Shown piece by piece: positions 1-11,437 of a stretch of 64,000 bases of DNA. Positions within the stretch are counted from its first letter, which is position 1. Every line of letters starts with the position of its first letter. Source of the stretch: Octopus sinensis (lineage: Eukaryota); the NCBI RefSeq assembly GCF_006345805.1, contig NC_043000.1, positions 108,624,001 to 108,688,000 of the forward strand, given 5' to 3'. The notes below the pieces were generated by a model. It ran no database searches and was not told the origin of the DNA. It was given only the letters and a program-made list of their open reading frames with translations. The position numbers were made by a program, and so were the translations under genes.

Positions 1-296
1 ATGAGGACCTTATTATTTATTGTAACGAACCTTGTTTCTGTATTGTCTTCGTTGAACTGGGTGTGAGGGTTGTGTATGAGTTGGGGTGGAGTAGGGAAGA
101 GTTGCGTAAGATAAACAATGAGAAAAGGAGGTCAGTGGGTGTTAGGGGCAGGGTGTCAACAACATGTGTACTTTACTGAATAAAGAGCAGTCACTGTGCA
201 AATACATACAGAAAGATAAATTTACACAATGCTTTTACATACACACACACACACACACACACGTACCTGTATGTATAATCTGTGTACACATATATG

Positions 297-337
<41 letters not shown>

Positions 338-1229
338 TCAATACACACAGCCACATGCTTGCACATACATACAAATGTACACACCCATACACACAGACAT
401 CTATATGTGTACTCAGTTAATTTACTTGTTTAGCTTTCTCTTATGAGATATAATTCTCGGGCTTAATTGGCCATTTGCATCATTTTCACTTAATTGCTTA
501 TTTTAATTGCCCACAGAGGAGTGAGTTATGTATTATATTGACTAGAGGAGGTTTGAAAAGAAACTGAGAATACTACTACTACTACTACTACCATTGCTAC
601 TATTACTGCTTTTACTACTACTATGACTACCATCACCACTACTGCTATTGCTGAGGGTGATAATGATGATGATGATCTCTTTATTTGCCACATGGACAGT
701 ATCAGAGAAGGGGACAACACAAAGGTTAAGTAAATTGTGGTGAGGGTGGGGTCCATAAAATCAGTTGACGAGGTAAATGAATGACAAAGAAAGAAAAATA
801 TGGATGATACAGTGCTCCTGATATAAGAAGGCATCCAACAGGGGCCAGTCCAAGAATTCCCACAAATCCAACCAACTCTGGCCACCACCAAAGCCAGTGG
901 TTTTCCTAAACTGTTACTCTTTGGTCTGTAGGTGCATGCAGGAAGAAAAAACAAAAAATAATAATCTGTTTTTGCTATCCGCACAAGGCTTGAAACTTGA
1001 GGGTTGGGGCTCGTTGATTACGTTGAGTCCAATGCTCAACTGGTAACTTATTTTATTGACCCCCAAAAGGATGAAAAGTGAAGTTGATCTCAGTGGAATT
1101 TGAGCCCAAAATATAAAGACAGAAAATGAACTGCTGCTAAGCACTTTGTCTGGTTGGCTAATGATTCCACCAATGCAGCACCTGTATCCATAGCAACAAC
1201 AAGCAATGTACAAGCTACCTTAGTTGCTG

Positions 1230-1400
1230 TCCAATTAGGAAAGAGAACAACAGAGCAGACTGTGGTGGGCCAATATGAAACCAGTGTAGTCTACTGGTTA
1301 ACATACCAGTGTGGTGCTACATATACTGGATCAACAAAATGAGCAACGCATAAGAGTAATAGTGTAGCACCACAAAATGACCCATCAAGGAAGGTGTTTT
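1230..1400 (+). mobile_element. Penelope-like GIY-YIG endonuclease relic
   Basis: VVYWLTYQCGATYTGSTK* resembles the PLE VVY-x3-C-x-CG-x2-YIG-x-T motif. Short and degenerate. Confidence 0.45.
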
Positions 1401-2265
1401 CACATGAACAAATATTATCAATGTATCATACTAAATGTATATGCCCTGTCAATAGACCAGTTACTGCAGTATTTATTCTGGCTGCAGTAACTGGCCTATT
1501 GACAATGTGTATACTTTAAGTATGATACATAGTTGACTATTTTAATTTAATACTGCCCCAATTGTATACTAGATTATTATATACTGTTGTATTAATACCA
1601 GTGTTCTTATCTTGGTTGTTATAGTTACAATACTTTCGTCATTGTACCCTCTGGTCTTCTTCAGATGCTCGTTTTATTTTTTTCAAGCACAGTGTACTCT
1701 AGACTACATTATCCAGTGTATACTTCTATTAAAAACAACACTTGTGATTTGAGGAAGAATTAATTACTATTTCTATCTAGTTAGATGACCATGTAGAGGT
1801 TCTCTTGGTGGCTCATAGCTTTGTTATCAGGTGTTTTGACTTCAAGGCTATTCTAAACTCTCCAAGTGCTTTCACCTGTTGATTTTTATGTTACACAGGT
1901 GTATTTTCCCCTGGCTCTCTTATCCTGTCTCTCTTCCTTCCATCTTTCTCCTCTTCTCTACACTTTTGTCTGTATACCCAATGACGGGCGATGTTCAAAA
2001 GATCATGCTCTAAACCCTTAACTTTTCACTTTATAACTTTTTCCTTTGAGCATCAAACCATTCACTGTGGATGTCTCTTGGACTTTTGGTGATTTTGCAT
2101 TTGTCTTTTGTTATTCATATACCCGTGTGTGTGTGTGTGTGTGGTCATCATCATCATTTAACGTCTGTTGTTCATGCTGGCATGGGTTGAACAATTTGAC
2201 TAGAACTGGCAAGCTGTACCAGGCTCCTGTCTGATTGGGCATGGTTTCTATAACTGGATGCCCTT

Positions 2266-2308
<43 letters not shown>

Positions 2309-2318
2309 GTACACACAA

Positions 2319-2368
<50 letters not shown>

Positions 2369-2603
2369 TATATGGGTACAGGATGTCACAAACCATAAAC
2401 AAAATGAAATACGAAAACAAAAGAGCTGAAAACATAAACAACAAGAAGAGAAACAAATGGAAACATTGCTATATTGGAACCAGAATGAATTTAACAGAGG
2501 GAAAGAACAAGCCTACGTTGAAAGTCTAAAAGTCTGTGAGTGAGTGGCCATGACTGACTGAAGGATGTTTTCTATGATGGCGGCGGTGGCGGTTCACTGC
2601 TAC

Positions 2604-2639
<36 letters not shown>

Positions 2640-3397
2640 AGAAGACATTCTTCAGCCAGGTGTGGTCACTCACTCCTGGATTTTTAAACTTTGAATAGTA
2701 AGCTTGCTCTTTTCCTTCATCAGATTCATTCTGTTTCTAATATAGCAATGTATTTGTATACATACATATCTAAAGCTGGTTCTAGCTAGCCCAGCGTGAT
2801 CTTTGAAAAAACCATGCTGGTTTTTAATTCATTGCCTATATCCCTATATGTCCCACCTTGCTCCTGTTCTTCCTGTAACCCCTCCTACCTACCCCTTAAA
2901 CAGACCACCTAAACAACTTGTGTGACTAGCTGTTTGGTGTTAGGTTTTCCCATTTGGCGACAGCTCAAAACTAAAAATAAAACAAAGGCAGGGAGCACAA
3001 ACCTCTGCCAAGGCAACACCAACGTCCTCTCAATGATCAGCTGGTGATGATTTTTAAAACAAGAATACCTGAAATAAACTTGACTGCTCGTACAAATGAG
3101 AATACTAAAAATGAACCTGACCACTCTCAAAAATTAAGTGAAAAAATAGGAAAAATAATCCAGAATCCTTGTCTGGTACCAGATCTATTCCAAAATCTAA
3201 TCAGTTCATGTCAATCATGAGGCCAAACATCCCTTAAAGTTTCATCCAAATCCATCCAGTGGTTCTTGAGACATTTTGTCACAGACAAACAAACAAACAA
3301 GACTGGAAACAATACCTCCACCTTCGCTAAGGCAGAGTTTATAACAACACTGGTAATAAGCAACAGCAACTCCTACACTGTCCTTCGAGATATTTAA

Positions 3398-3617
3398 CCC
3401 TTTAGTGTTTAAACCGGCCATATCTGGCCCAGATATTCTACATGTTTTATATTCAAATTGGCCATATCCAGCCTCTTACACCTAACCTACTTTGACATTC
3501 TAAAAATAGACAATCACATCATTGAAACCTCAAAGATATAACATAATGCATGATTAATTCAAAACAATTTGAGTGAAAAAGTATTACATTTAACAGAGTA
3601 ATCTGAACACTAAAGGG
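3398..3617. mobile_element. piggyBac-type MITE (220 bp)
   Basis: TIRs CCCTTTAGTG...CACTAAAGGG with TTAA on both sides (3394-3397, 3618-3621). A second copy lies in reverse orientation at 24746-24966. Confidence 0.85.
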
Positions 3618-3959
3618 TTAAACCTTTTAGCTTCTATAACAGTATACTACTACTAAAGTCTGTTGTGTTCTCTCTCTGTACCCCTCTCTCGCAGACCCCA
3701 CCCTCTTTTTCTCTCTCTCTTTTTACTTTTATTTTTCAACCACTCAATCAAAGGTATTGGGCTGTCAGTGTCTAAGCCAGCAACTCCACACAGCTTACTT
3801 TGTGCGGAGGGTATTTTTCTTGCTGTTTGGTCACCCTGCAAGATTAAATACAAGACCTGTCAAAAAGTAAATAAACTCTGAAGAGTCAACAGCCATCAAA
3901 ATAAGCAAGTCTCATTATTAGCTGTGCTGCTTATTAAGCCCTTACCTGCATAAGACACT

Positions 3960-6900
3960 CAGCAATAACTCTGCTGCTTTGTGGCAATACTCACCTAAGA
4001 GTAAACCCCAAGGATAAATCTGGAACTGGAGTCCCTAAGACAGTTCAGTGCTGCAGACAACCTCATTCTGGCAACTCCTGCACCCACACTGGTGCCAAGT
4101 TGTATTGGCCCCCACCCTTCCCTTGGATAACACATGGGCAACTGCTGATCTCCCATGAAAAGACTGCCTGGGTCTGCATCCTGCAGAGGATACTCTGGTG
4201 CCATCTAACTGCAGTTGTAAAACATGGAAAGCAGCAGTCTACCAGTTTCAAGCCTGCACACCATGATTGGTGTAAGAGCAAGGTGCCAGGGGCTGCTTTC
4301 GATGGAGGGAGAGGCCATTGGGCCTCTCTGGACAGCTACTTCTTGCCTCAAGCTGAGCAGTTCCCAGCCAGTTAAGTGCTACCCCATCACAGCCCACCTA
4401 CTCCACCAGGTGCATGGGGCTTAGGAAAACTCATATCCTGAATTGTGGACTGTAAACACTGCATTAAGGAAAATAAATAAACAGCGCAAGAAATGAGCAT
4501 TCACACATGGATGTTGGAACATAAGGGCTGTCAGAGGATCTTCAAAAGATCAGTGGCACACACTCCAGAAAATGAGGCTCCCAGATTTGAGAACCCTTCG
4601 TGAAAAAGAATATACCTTTTTCTGGCAAGGGAAAGGCATTCCTGAAGCCAGAGAGCATGGTGTTGGCTTTGCTATGAGGAACTTTCTGCTGAAGTTGGTA
4701 GAACTCAGCAGCAATGGTTCAGAGCAGATACTCCTACTCCGATTGCACACTTCTGATGGGCCTGTTAACCTTATCAGTGCTTATGCCCTAACCCTCTATT
4801 TCACACAAGATACCAAGGATAAGTTCTACAGTCAGCTCTCTAGGACAATATGGGCAATCCCAAATGGAGAACAGCTGGTGCTACATGGTGACTTCAACAC
4901 TAGAGGGAGAGATGATCATGACTCCTGGTATGGGGTTGGCAACATGAATGAAAATGGGTAATGGCTGCTTGAGCTTTGTATGCTCCATGGATTATGTGTC
5001 ACCAACACCTACTCCCAGGCCAAAGCTCTACACAGGGTCTTCTGGCATCACCCTCACTCAGGGCAATGGCACTAGGTAGATCTGATCATCACCAGATGCA
5101 ACCACCTGAGGAATGTGCTCCTGAATCAGTCCTTTCAGAGTGCTAACTATGACACAGGCCACTCCCTGGTTAGTTGCAATCTCAAACTCCAACCAAAAAC
5201 GATGCACTGTGCCAAGCCTCCAGGCAAGCATTTTACTAGTTACTGGAAGATATCCTCCTTGCAGACACATGAGAAGGCAATGTTCAACAGAGATGAGACT
5301 CTGTCAGGAACATCATCCAAAGCATTGCATTGGGAGATTTGGGGAGGAGGAGAAAAATGACATGAGACTGTTTTGAGGCAAGCACACCCATGGAGGAGAA
5401 GCACGCTACCCTGCTGAAGCACAAACACCAACTGACCAGGGCAGCATTGAGATCAGCAAAGAACAACATACAGAAGATAGTGAGATGCTGTGCAAGTGAC
5501 GACTGGTTACAATGATGTGAAGACAGCCAATTGTTGTTTGGCATGGGCAGCATTCGTGAAATGTATGAGGTTATGAAGAAAGCCATCAGTCTAACCCAGA
5601 GCAAGATAGCTTCACTGAAATTCAAAACAGGGAAAGATCATCAGGAGCAAAAGAGAGCAGATGGAGAGATGGCTGGAACATTATTCCAAGCTCTACATCA
5701 AAGAAAACAACACCATGGCACACCTACCCATCATGGAGGAGCTGGACACACTGCCAACTGCTGAAGAATTGAGCAGGGCCATTGGTGGCTTGCCTACTGG
5801 AAAAGCACTGGGTTTAGACGGTATTCCACCAGAAATCATCAGGTATGCAAAGAGTGTTCTACTCAGCTACTTGCTGAAGCTACTGTGTCAGTGTTAGGAG
5901 GAGGTAACAGTCCCACGAGACATGAGAGACTGCAACATTGTCACTCTATATAAGAACAAAGGAACTGCATTTCACTGTTAAGCATTGTAGGGAAGGTCTT
6001 TGCCCATGTGGTCCTAAACAGACTACAGAAAATTACTGAGAAATTATACTCTGAATCTCAATATGATTTCAGATCAGAATGCTCCACCATCGACGTGGTC
6101 TTCTGTCTTCAGAAGTGCTGAGAGCAAAGGTAACCACTCTTCATCACCTCCTTCGATCTTAAAAAGGCTTTTGACTTAATAGAGATGGCTTGTTCAAATT
6201 CCTTGCCAAGATTGGCTGTCCTCCAAGACTCTTCAGGATGTCCAATTTTTTCATATGGAAACGAAAGGTGTCGTTCAATTTGCTTGCTCTTTTTTGCAGG
6301 CATTCAACATATGTAACAGTGTGAAGCAGGGCTGTATGATTGCCCCCACTCTGTTTGGAATCTTTTCACAGACATGCTAAAACTCACATATGGAACATCA
6401 GTTGATGGTGTCTACCTTCACTCCAAATCAGATGGTAAGCTGTTTAGTCCGTCAAAACTGCAGGGTTCATCAGAATGCTTATCAGAGATAGACTGTTCAT
6501 GGACTATGCAGCTCTGACAGTGCACTCGGAAGTGCAAATACAACACCTTGTGGACAAACTCTCAAAGACCAGTCAGAAATTCAGCCTGACTATCAGTCTG
6601 AAGAAGACCAAAGTATTGGGCCAAGGTATGAAGCATGACCCCCTTCATCACCATCACCATCAACAACTACAAGCTAGAGGTAGTGTGTTCACCTACCTTA
6701 GCTCTACCATCTCTGACAACCTGTCCCTGGGCCCTGAGATCAGCAAACAAATTGGATGAGCATCCTCCACGTTTGCCAGGCTCACAAAGAGAGTCTGCAA
6801 AAACAGAAAACTAGCCACAAACACCAAGATTGCTGTCCATAAGGTGGGTGTCCTCAATACACTACGGTGTCCTCAATACACTACGGTGTCTCAACATCTT

Positions 6901-7075
6901 CCACCTTCGTAATTTGAGATGCATCTTGGATATCAAGTGGACTGACCACATCACCAACACTGAAATGCTCAACTGTGCCAAAATACTCAGATGAAGCAAG
7001 CGGGAGAGAAACTTGAAGACCTTGCCACCAAAGAAAAACATACTCAACGAAAGGGAATTCTACTAGGGAGCTCTC
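3960..7075 (+). mobile_element. Degenerate near-full-length RTE-clade LINE (APE endonuclease + RT)
   Basis: EN motifs REHGVGFA, NLISAYALT, LHGDFN and DTGHSLV. RT-region motifs GLDGIPPE, FDLKKAF and FTYLSSTISDN. Many stops and frameshifts. Confidence 0.85.
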
Positions 7076-7582
7076 TCAAATGCAGCTGCTGTATGTATGA
7101 CTGCCACTACTACTGTGTGGGCCTCGACAGACACAGCAGACACTGCACCACCTTCAGCAGCTGATACAATGTCGTTTGGCCCAGATCCTTGGTCTCTCAA
7201 GGCCAACAGCTGCCTACTGCATGTATATATATGAGAAAAATAAATGACAAAGGAAAAACTATGGTTATGTTTTGAATTCCATTAGCTTACAGCTGTTTCT
7301 GCTATAAGCTGCAGTGAACTCAGAGTTCATCTGCATCTTATAGTAGAAATGTTGCTTTTCCTGTAGCATTTTTTTTTTATTACTGCTCTACACTCATCAA
7401 ACATTTTGTTTAGAAGCATTGTATATTGAGTTCTACACCAGGATATCATTTGAAGTGGTGTACAGATTTTATATATTAAGAAAAAGGAGGTAATTAAGGT
7501 TTTGGATAATTATTTATTTAGCGTCATCATTTCTTTTCTGAAAAGTTCATCATGAGAAATTTATTTGTGAAAATTCATGCCT

Positions 7583-7616
<34 letters not shown>

Positions 7617-7857
7617 CTTCCAAATATTCACCACGTAGTTACACACACACATATGCACACACATGTATATACACACACATAGATTCCAAATAACAAAGAA
7701 CATCCTCTTCCCAATTCAACTCTAGATTTTTTCCAACTAATTCACATATTTGTGAAAGACATGAATTTTCTGAAAATAAATCACTCATGAACAACCTCTA
7801 AAAAGAAATGAAAGCATCATCATCATCATCAAATAATTATCCCACTACTTCCTTTTT

Positions 7858-7860
7858 CTT

Positions 7861-7908
<48 letters not shown>

Positions 7909-7945
7909 CACACATATATATATATACATATATATATATACATAC

Positions 7946-8006
<61 letters not shown>
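7858..8006. repeat. (TA)n/(CA)n microsatellite, representative of many
   Basis: Similar tracts at about 230-410, 2266-2370, 26445-26635, 31845-32080, 42170-42275 and 45790-46000. These generate the YI/HT-repeat ORFs in the track. Confidence 0.98.
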
Positions 8007-8008
<2 letters not shown>

Positions 8009-8039
8009 AAATTTAAAAAAGGAAAATACACACACACAA

Positions 8040-8878
8040 AGTTTTAATATAATTTTTAATATATCGACCGGTTTCGCTATTGCTATTCATGATATTATGT
8101 TTTACTTATTTGAATATATATTTTTTCTTAAGAAGAAATTTGGTCCATGTTGTGTGTGATGAAAAACACAAGTAGATAAATAAAGGGAGGTAATTGGTTG
8201 ACGTTATTATTGTTATTGTTGTGGGTAAGGGAGATAACTGTTGGGCTTCGGTAACAGGTGGGGATTATATATGTGTACAGAACAGAGACAGGTTTCAAAA
8301 ACCTTGTTTAGTAGGGGATTTATGTACAGTGATGTAATCGTGAATTGAAATATGTAAAAATATAAAAGTTGGTTATATGTGCATATTAAGACGTGTTTTG
8401 TATTTTTCAATGAAAAAAGTTTCTTTATTTAAACATTCTAGTTGAGAGATTGCGTCTTTGCACTGGTAGAAAGGGAAGACTGTGAAATTTGGTTTGATAT
8501 TACCTGCACATTTTTCTATATGTTCACTGAGAGGAATTTGTCTGTATTGCGGGAAATGGATTTGCTCCATATGTAGAGTGGTTCTCTTTCTCAAGGTCAT
8601 ACTCGTTTGTACAATATACTGGTGTCTGCAACCCGAGCAGGTTATTACATAAATTAGGTTCTCAGAGGCACAGGTGAAACTAGTTTTAATTGTGAACCTC
8701 TGTCCTTGTTTGAAAAGGAAATCCGAGCCTTCAAGCAGGTTGGGGCAGGTTCCACAGTTCGGGCGTCCACATTTTTCAGCCGTTGGTTTCGTGGTTTTGT
8801 AAAGCTTTGCATTTGTTAGTAGTCTCTTTAGCGATTTGTCTTGTGGGGATAATCGAAATTCCTCTTTTCTGTTACTAC
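8040..8878 (-). mobile_element. 5'-truncated Penelope-like element (GIY-YIG endonuclease ORF plus 3' pLTR region)
   Basis: ORF 8373-8939 contains KCGRPNCGTCP, NLIYVITCSGCRHQYIVQT-x3-LR-x-R-x2-LH and E-x-FFIEKY-x-T-x-LN, the PLE zinc knuckle plus GIY-YIG pattern. The ORF's N-terminus is (TA)n read-through. Confidence 0.88.
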
Positions 8879-8914
8879 TATATATATATATGTATATATA
8901 TATATATTTATATA

Positions 8915-11133
8915 TATTGTTATATTTCGGAATGGTCATTTTGCCAGTTTAGCCAATAAAAACACACGCACTATAAATTTGGTGTATTTTGCTTCAGTGT
9001 TATTTATTTTTTACATTAATCTTAATCTTATTTCGGCCAGAGTTCTTTCGTCACACTCCTGTGACCGCATCAGTGGTCCTTTTTCTTCTATCTTATTCGT
9101 GTCTCTCCTTACTAACCGTCAGCCATTTTGTATTTCTATTGTATGTCTTCATTTGCGCATGCTTATATCTCTATGTGCGTTTATGTTTATTTAGTGTGTG
9201 TATGTGGGGGGATGCTTGTAATATTTGTATTTTCTGTTTATATATGTTCATGTAATTTGTATTTTGTTTTTGTTGTTTTTGTTTATTCTTATTTTGTTCA
9301 TGTGTTTACATCCACTTATTATTATCATTACATATGCTTGTATGTATAACAACAATACTAGTAATAACAATAATAAATTGAATCGAAATTTGTTTAGTTA
9401 ATTTTTTTATTTATAATTTTTTTTTTCGATTCGATTTATTATTGTTATTACTAGTATTGTTGTTATACATACAAGCATATGTAATGATAATAATAAGTGG
9501 ATGTAAACACATGAACAAAATAAGAATAAACAAAAACAACAAAAACAAAATACAAATTACATGAACATATATAAACAGAAAATACAAATATTACAAGCAT
9601 ACCCCCACATACACACACTAAATAAACATAAACGCACATAGAGATATAAGCATGCGCAAATGAAGACATACAATAGAAATACAAAATGGCTGACGGTTAG
9701 TAAGGAGAGACACGAATAAGATAGAAGAAAACAAAGGACCACTGATGCGGTCACAGGAGTGTAACGAAAGTATTCTGGCCGAAATAAGATTAAGATTAAT
9801 GTAAAAAATAAATAACACTGAAGCAAAATCATCATCATCATCATCATCATCGTTTAGCGTCCGTTTTCCATACTAGCATGGGTTGGACGGTTCTACTGGG
9901 GTCTGTGAAGCCAGAAGGCTTCATCAGGCCCAGTCAAATCTGGCATTGTTTCTATGGCTGGATGCCCTTCCTAACGCCAACCACTCCGTGAGTGTAGTGG
10001 GTGCTTTTTACGTGCTACCCGCACAGGTGCCAGACAGAACTGGCAAACGGCCACGGACGGATGGTGCTTTTTATGTGCCACCGGCACGAGGGCCAGGCGG
10101 GGCTGGCAACAGACACGAATGGATGGTGCTTTTTACGTGCCACCGGCACGAGGCCAGTCGGGGCGGCGCTGGCAACGGTCGCGAAACGGAAGGTTCTCTT
10201 ACATGCCACCGGCACTGGTAACACATCTGCAATTTCCATTGATCGATTTCGATTCTGATCCTCACTTGCCTCAACAGGTCTTCACAAGTAGAGTTTTGTG
10301 TCCCAAAAAGGGAAGGTATGCATACGTAGGCTGGCTCCATCCCATGTAGAAGGCCACGGGTTATGGACTCATTTGTCCTGCCGGGTCTTCTCGCGCACAG
10401 CACACTTCCAGAGGTCTCGGTCTCTAGTCATTTCCTCAGTGAGACCTAAAGTTTGAAGGCCGTGCTTCACCACCCAGGTTTTCCTGGATCTGCCTCTTCC
10501 GCAGGTTCCCTCAACCGCTAGGGTGTGGCACTTTTTCACACAACTATCTTCATCCATTCTCGCCACATGACCATACCAGCGCAAACGTCTCTCTTGCACA
10601 CCACAACTGATGCTTCTTAGGTCCAGCTTTTCTCTCAAGGTACTTACACTCTGCCGAGTATGAGTACTGACATTACGTATCCATCGAAGCATACTGGCTT
10701 CATTTCTTGCGAGCTTACGCATATCCTCAGCAGTCACGGCCCATGTTTCACTGCCATGTAGCATGGCTGTTCGTACACACGCATCATACAGTCTGCCTTT
10801 CACTCTGTGTGAGAGGCCTTTTGTCACCAGCAGAGGTAAGAGCTCTCTGAACTTTGCCCAAGCTATTCTTACTCTAGCAGTTACACTTTCAGCACACCCG
10901 CCCCTGCTGCTGACTTGGTCACCTAGGTAACGGAAACTATCAACTATTTCTAGTTTTTCTCCCTGGAAAGTGACGGAAGTTGGTCTCAGAGCATTTTCAG
11001 TGTTTATTGTTCCTGAGCATCTGCCACATACAAAAACCATCTTCCTAGTTAGCCTTCCTTTGACACCAAATATATAGTGCGTGTGTTTTTATTGGCTAAA
11101 CTGGCAAAATGACCATTCCGAAATATAACAATA
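8915..11133. repeat. Long inverted repeat (arms 8915-9388 and 9424-9829 + 11063-11133), pLTR-like, right arm interrupted by an RTE
   Basis: The arms are near-identical reverse complements, and the ORF track shows the same 73-aa junk ORF on both strands (9128-9349 +, 9463-9684 -). Spacer about 35 nt. Confidence 0.92.
9830..11062 (-). mobile_element. 5'-truncated RTE LINE (RT C-terminus, 3' UTR, (TGA)n tail)
   Basis: ORF 10369-11040 with FRYLGD, GRLYDACVRTAMLHGSETW, RLRWYGHVARM and GRGRSRKTW. The tail reads (CAT)n on the + strand at about 9830-9851. Confidence 0.92.
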
Positions 11134-11188
11134 TCTGTTTCAACACACGACTTCACATAAAAAATCTTGCACAACAAATATTTAAACG

Positions 11189-11219
<31 letters not shown>

Positions 11220-11299
11220 CATCATCATCATGATATATATATATATATTCATATTTATTATTGTAAGCATTAGTGATTGATTTTGTTTCTCTTTTCCAG

Positions 11300-11437
11300 A
11301 AATGCAGACATCTGCAGCATCGTGTTTAATTGTTAGCACGATAGATTTAATGACAGCTTCAGCTCTTGGAATTATTGCTGTTTTCAAGAAGCAAGTTGCA
11401 TTAGTAATGGTAACTGGAACTCTATATATGATGGCTG
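11300..11437 (+). CDS. Internal coding exon of PMP22/EMP/claudin-clan 4-TM protein (TM2-TM3)
   Basis: Acceptor cttttccag at 11291-11299 and donor G|gtaaga at 11438. 138 nt, phase 1 to phase 1. Encodes MQTSAASCLIVSTIDLMTASALGIIAVFKKQVALVMVTGTLYMMA(G): two hydrophobic helices with a G-x-L-Y-x-x-A-G TM3 motif. Joins 24064 in frame. Confidence 0.85.

Noticed and set aside
1625-1668. Hammerhead-like CTGAAGA...GAAA on the minus strand
   Set aside because: Stem II is mismatched, there is no stem I pairing, and G occupies the cleavage position. Too degenerate to count.
4099-4170. HDV-like ribozyme in the RTE 5' UTR (CCA-CCCTTCCCT-TGG, GGGCAAC, ATGAA)
   Set aside because: P3/L3-like and P4-like pieces are visible, but P1 needs a bulge plus a mismatch, P2 could not be formed, and the catalytic C is absent. 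An Infernal search would be needed.
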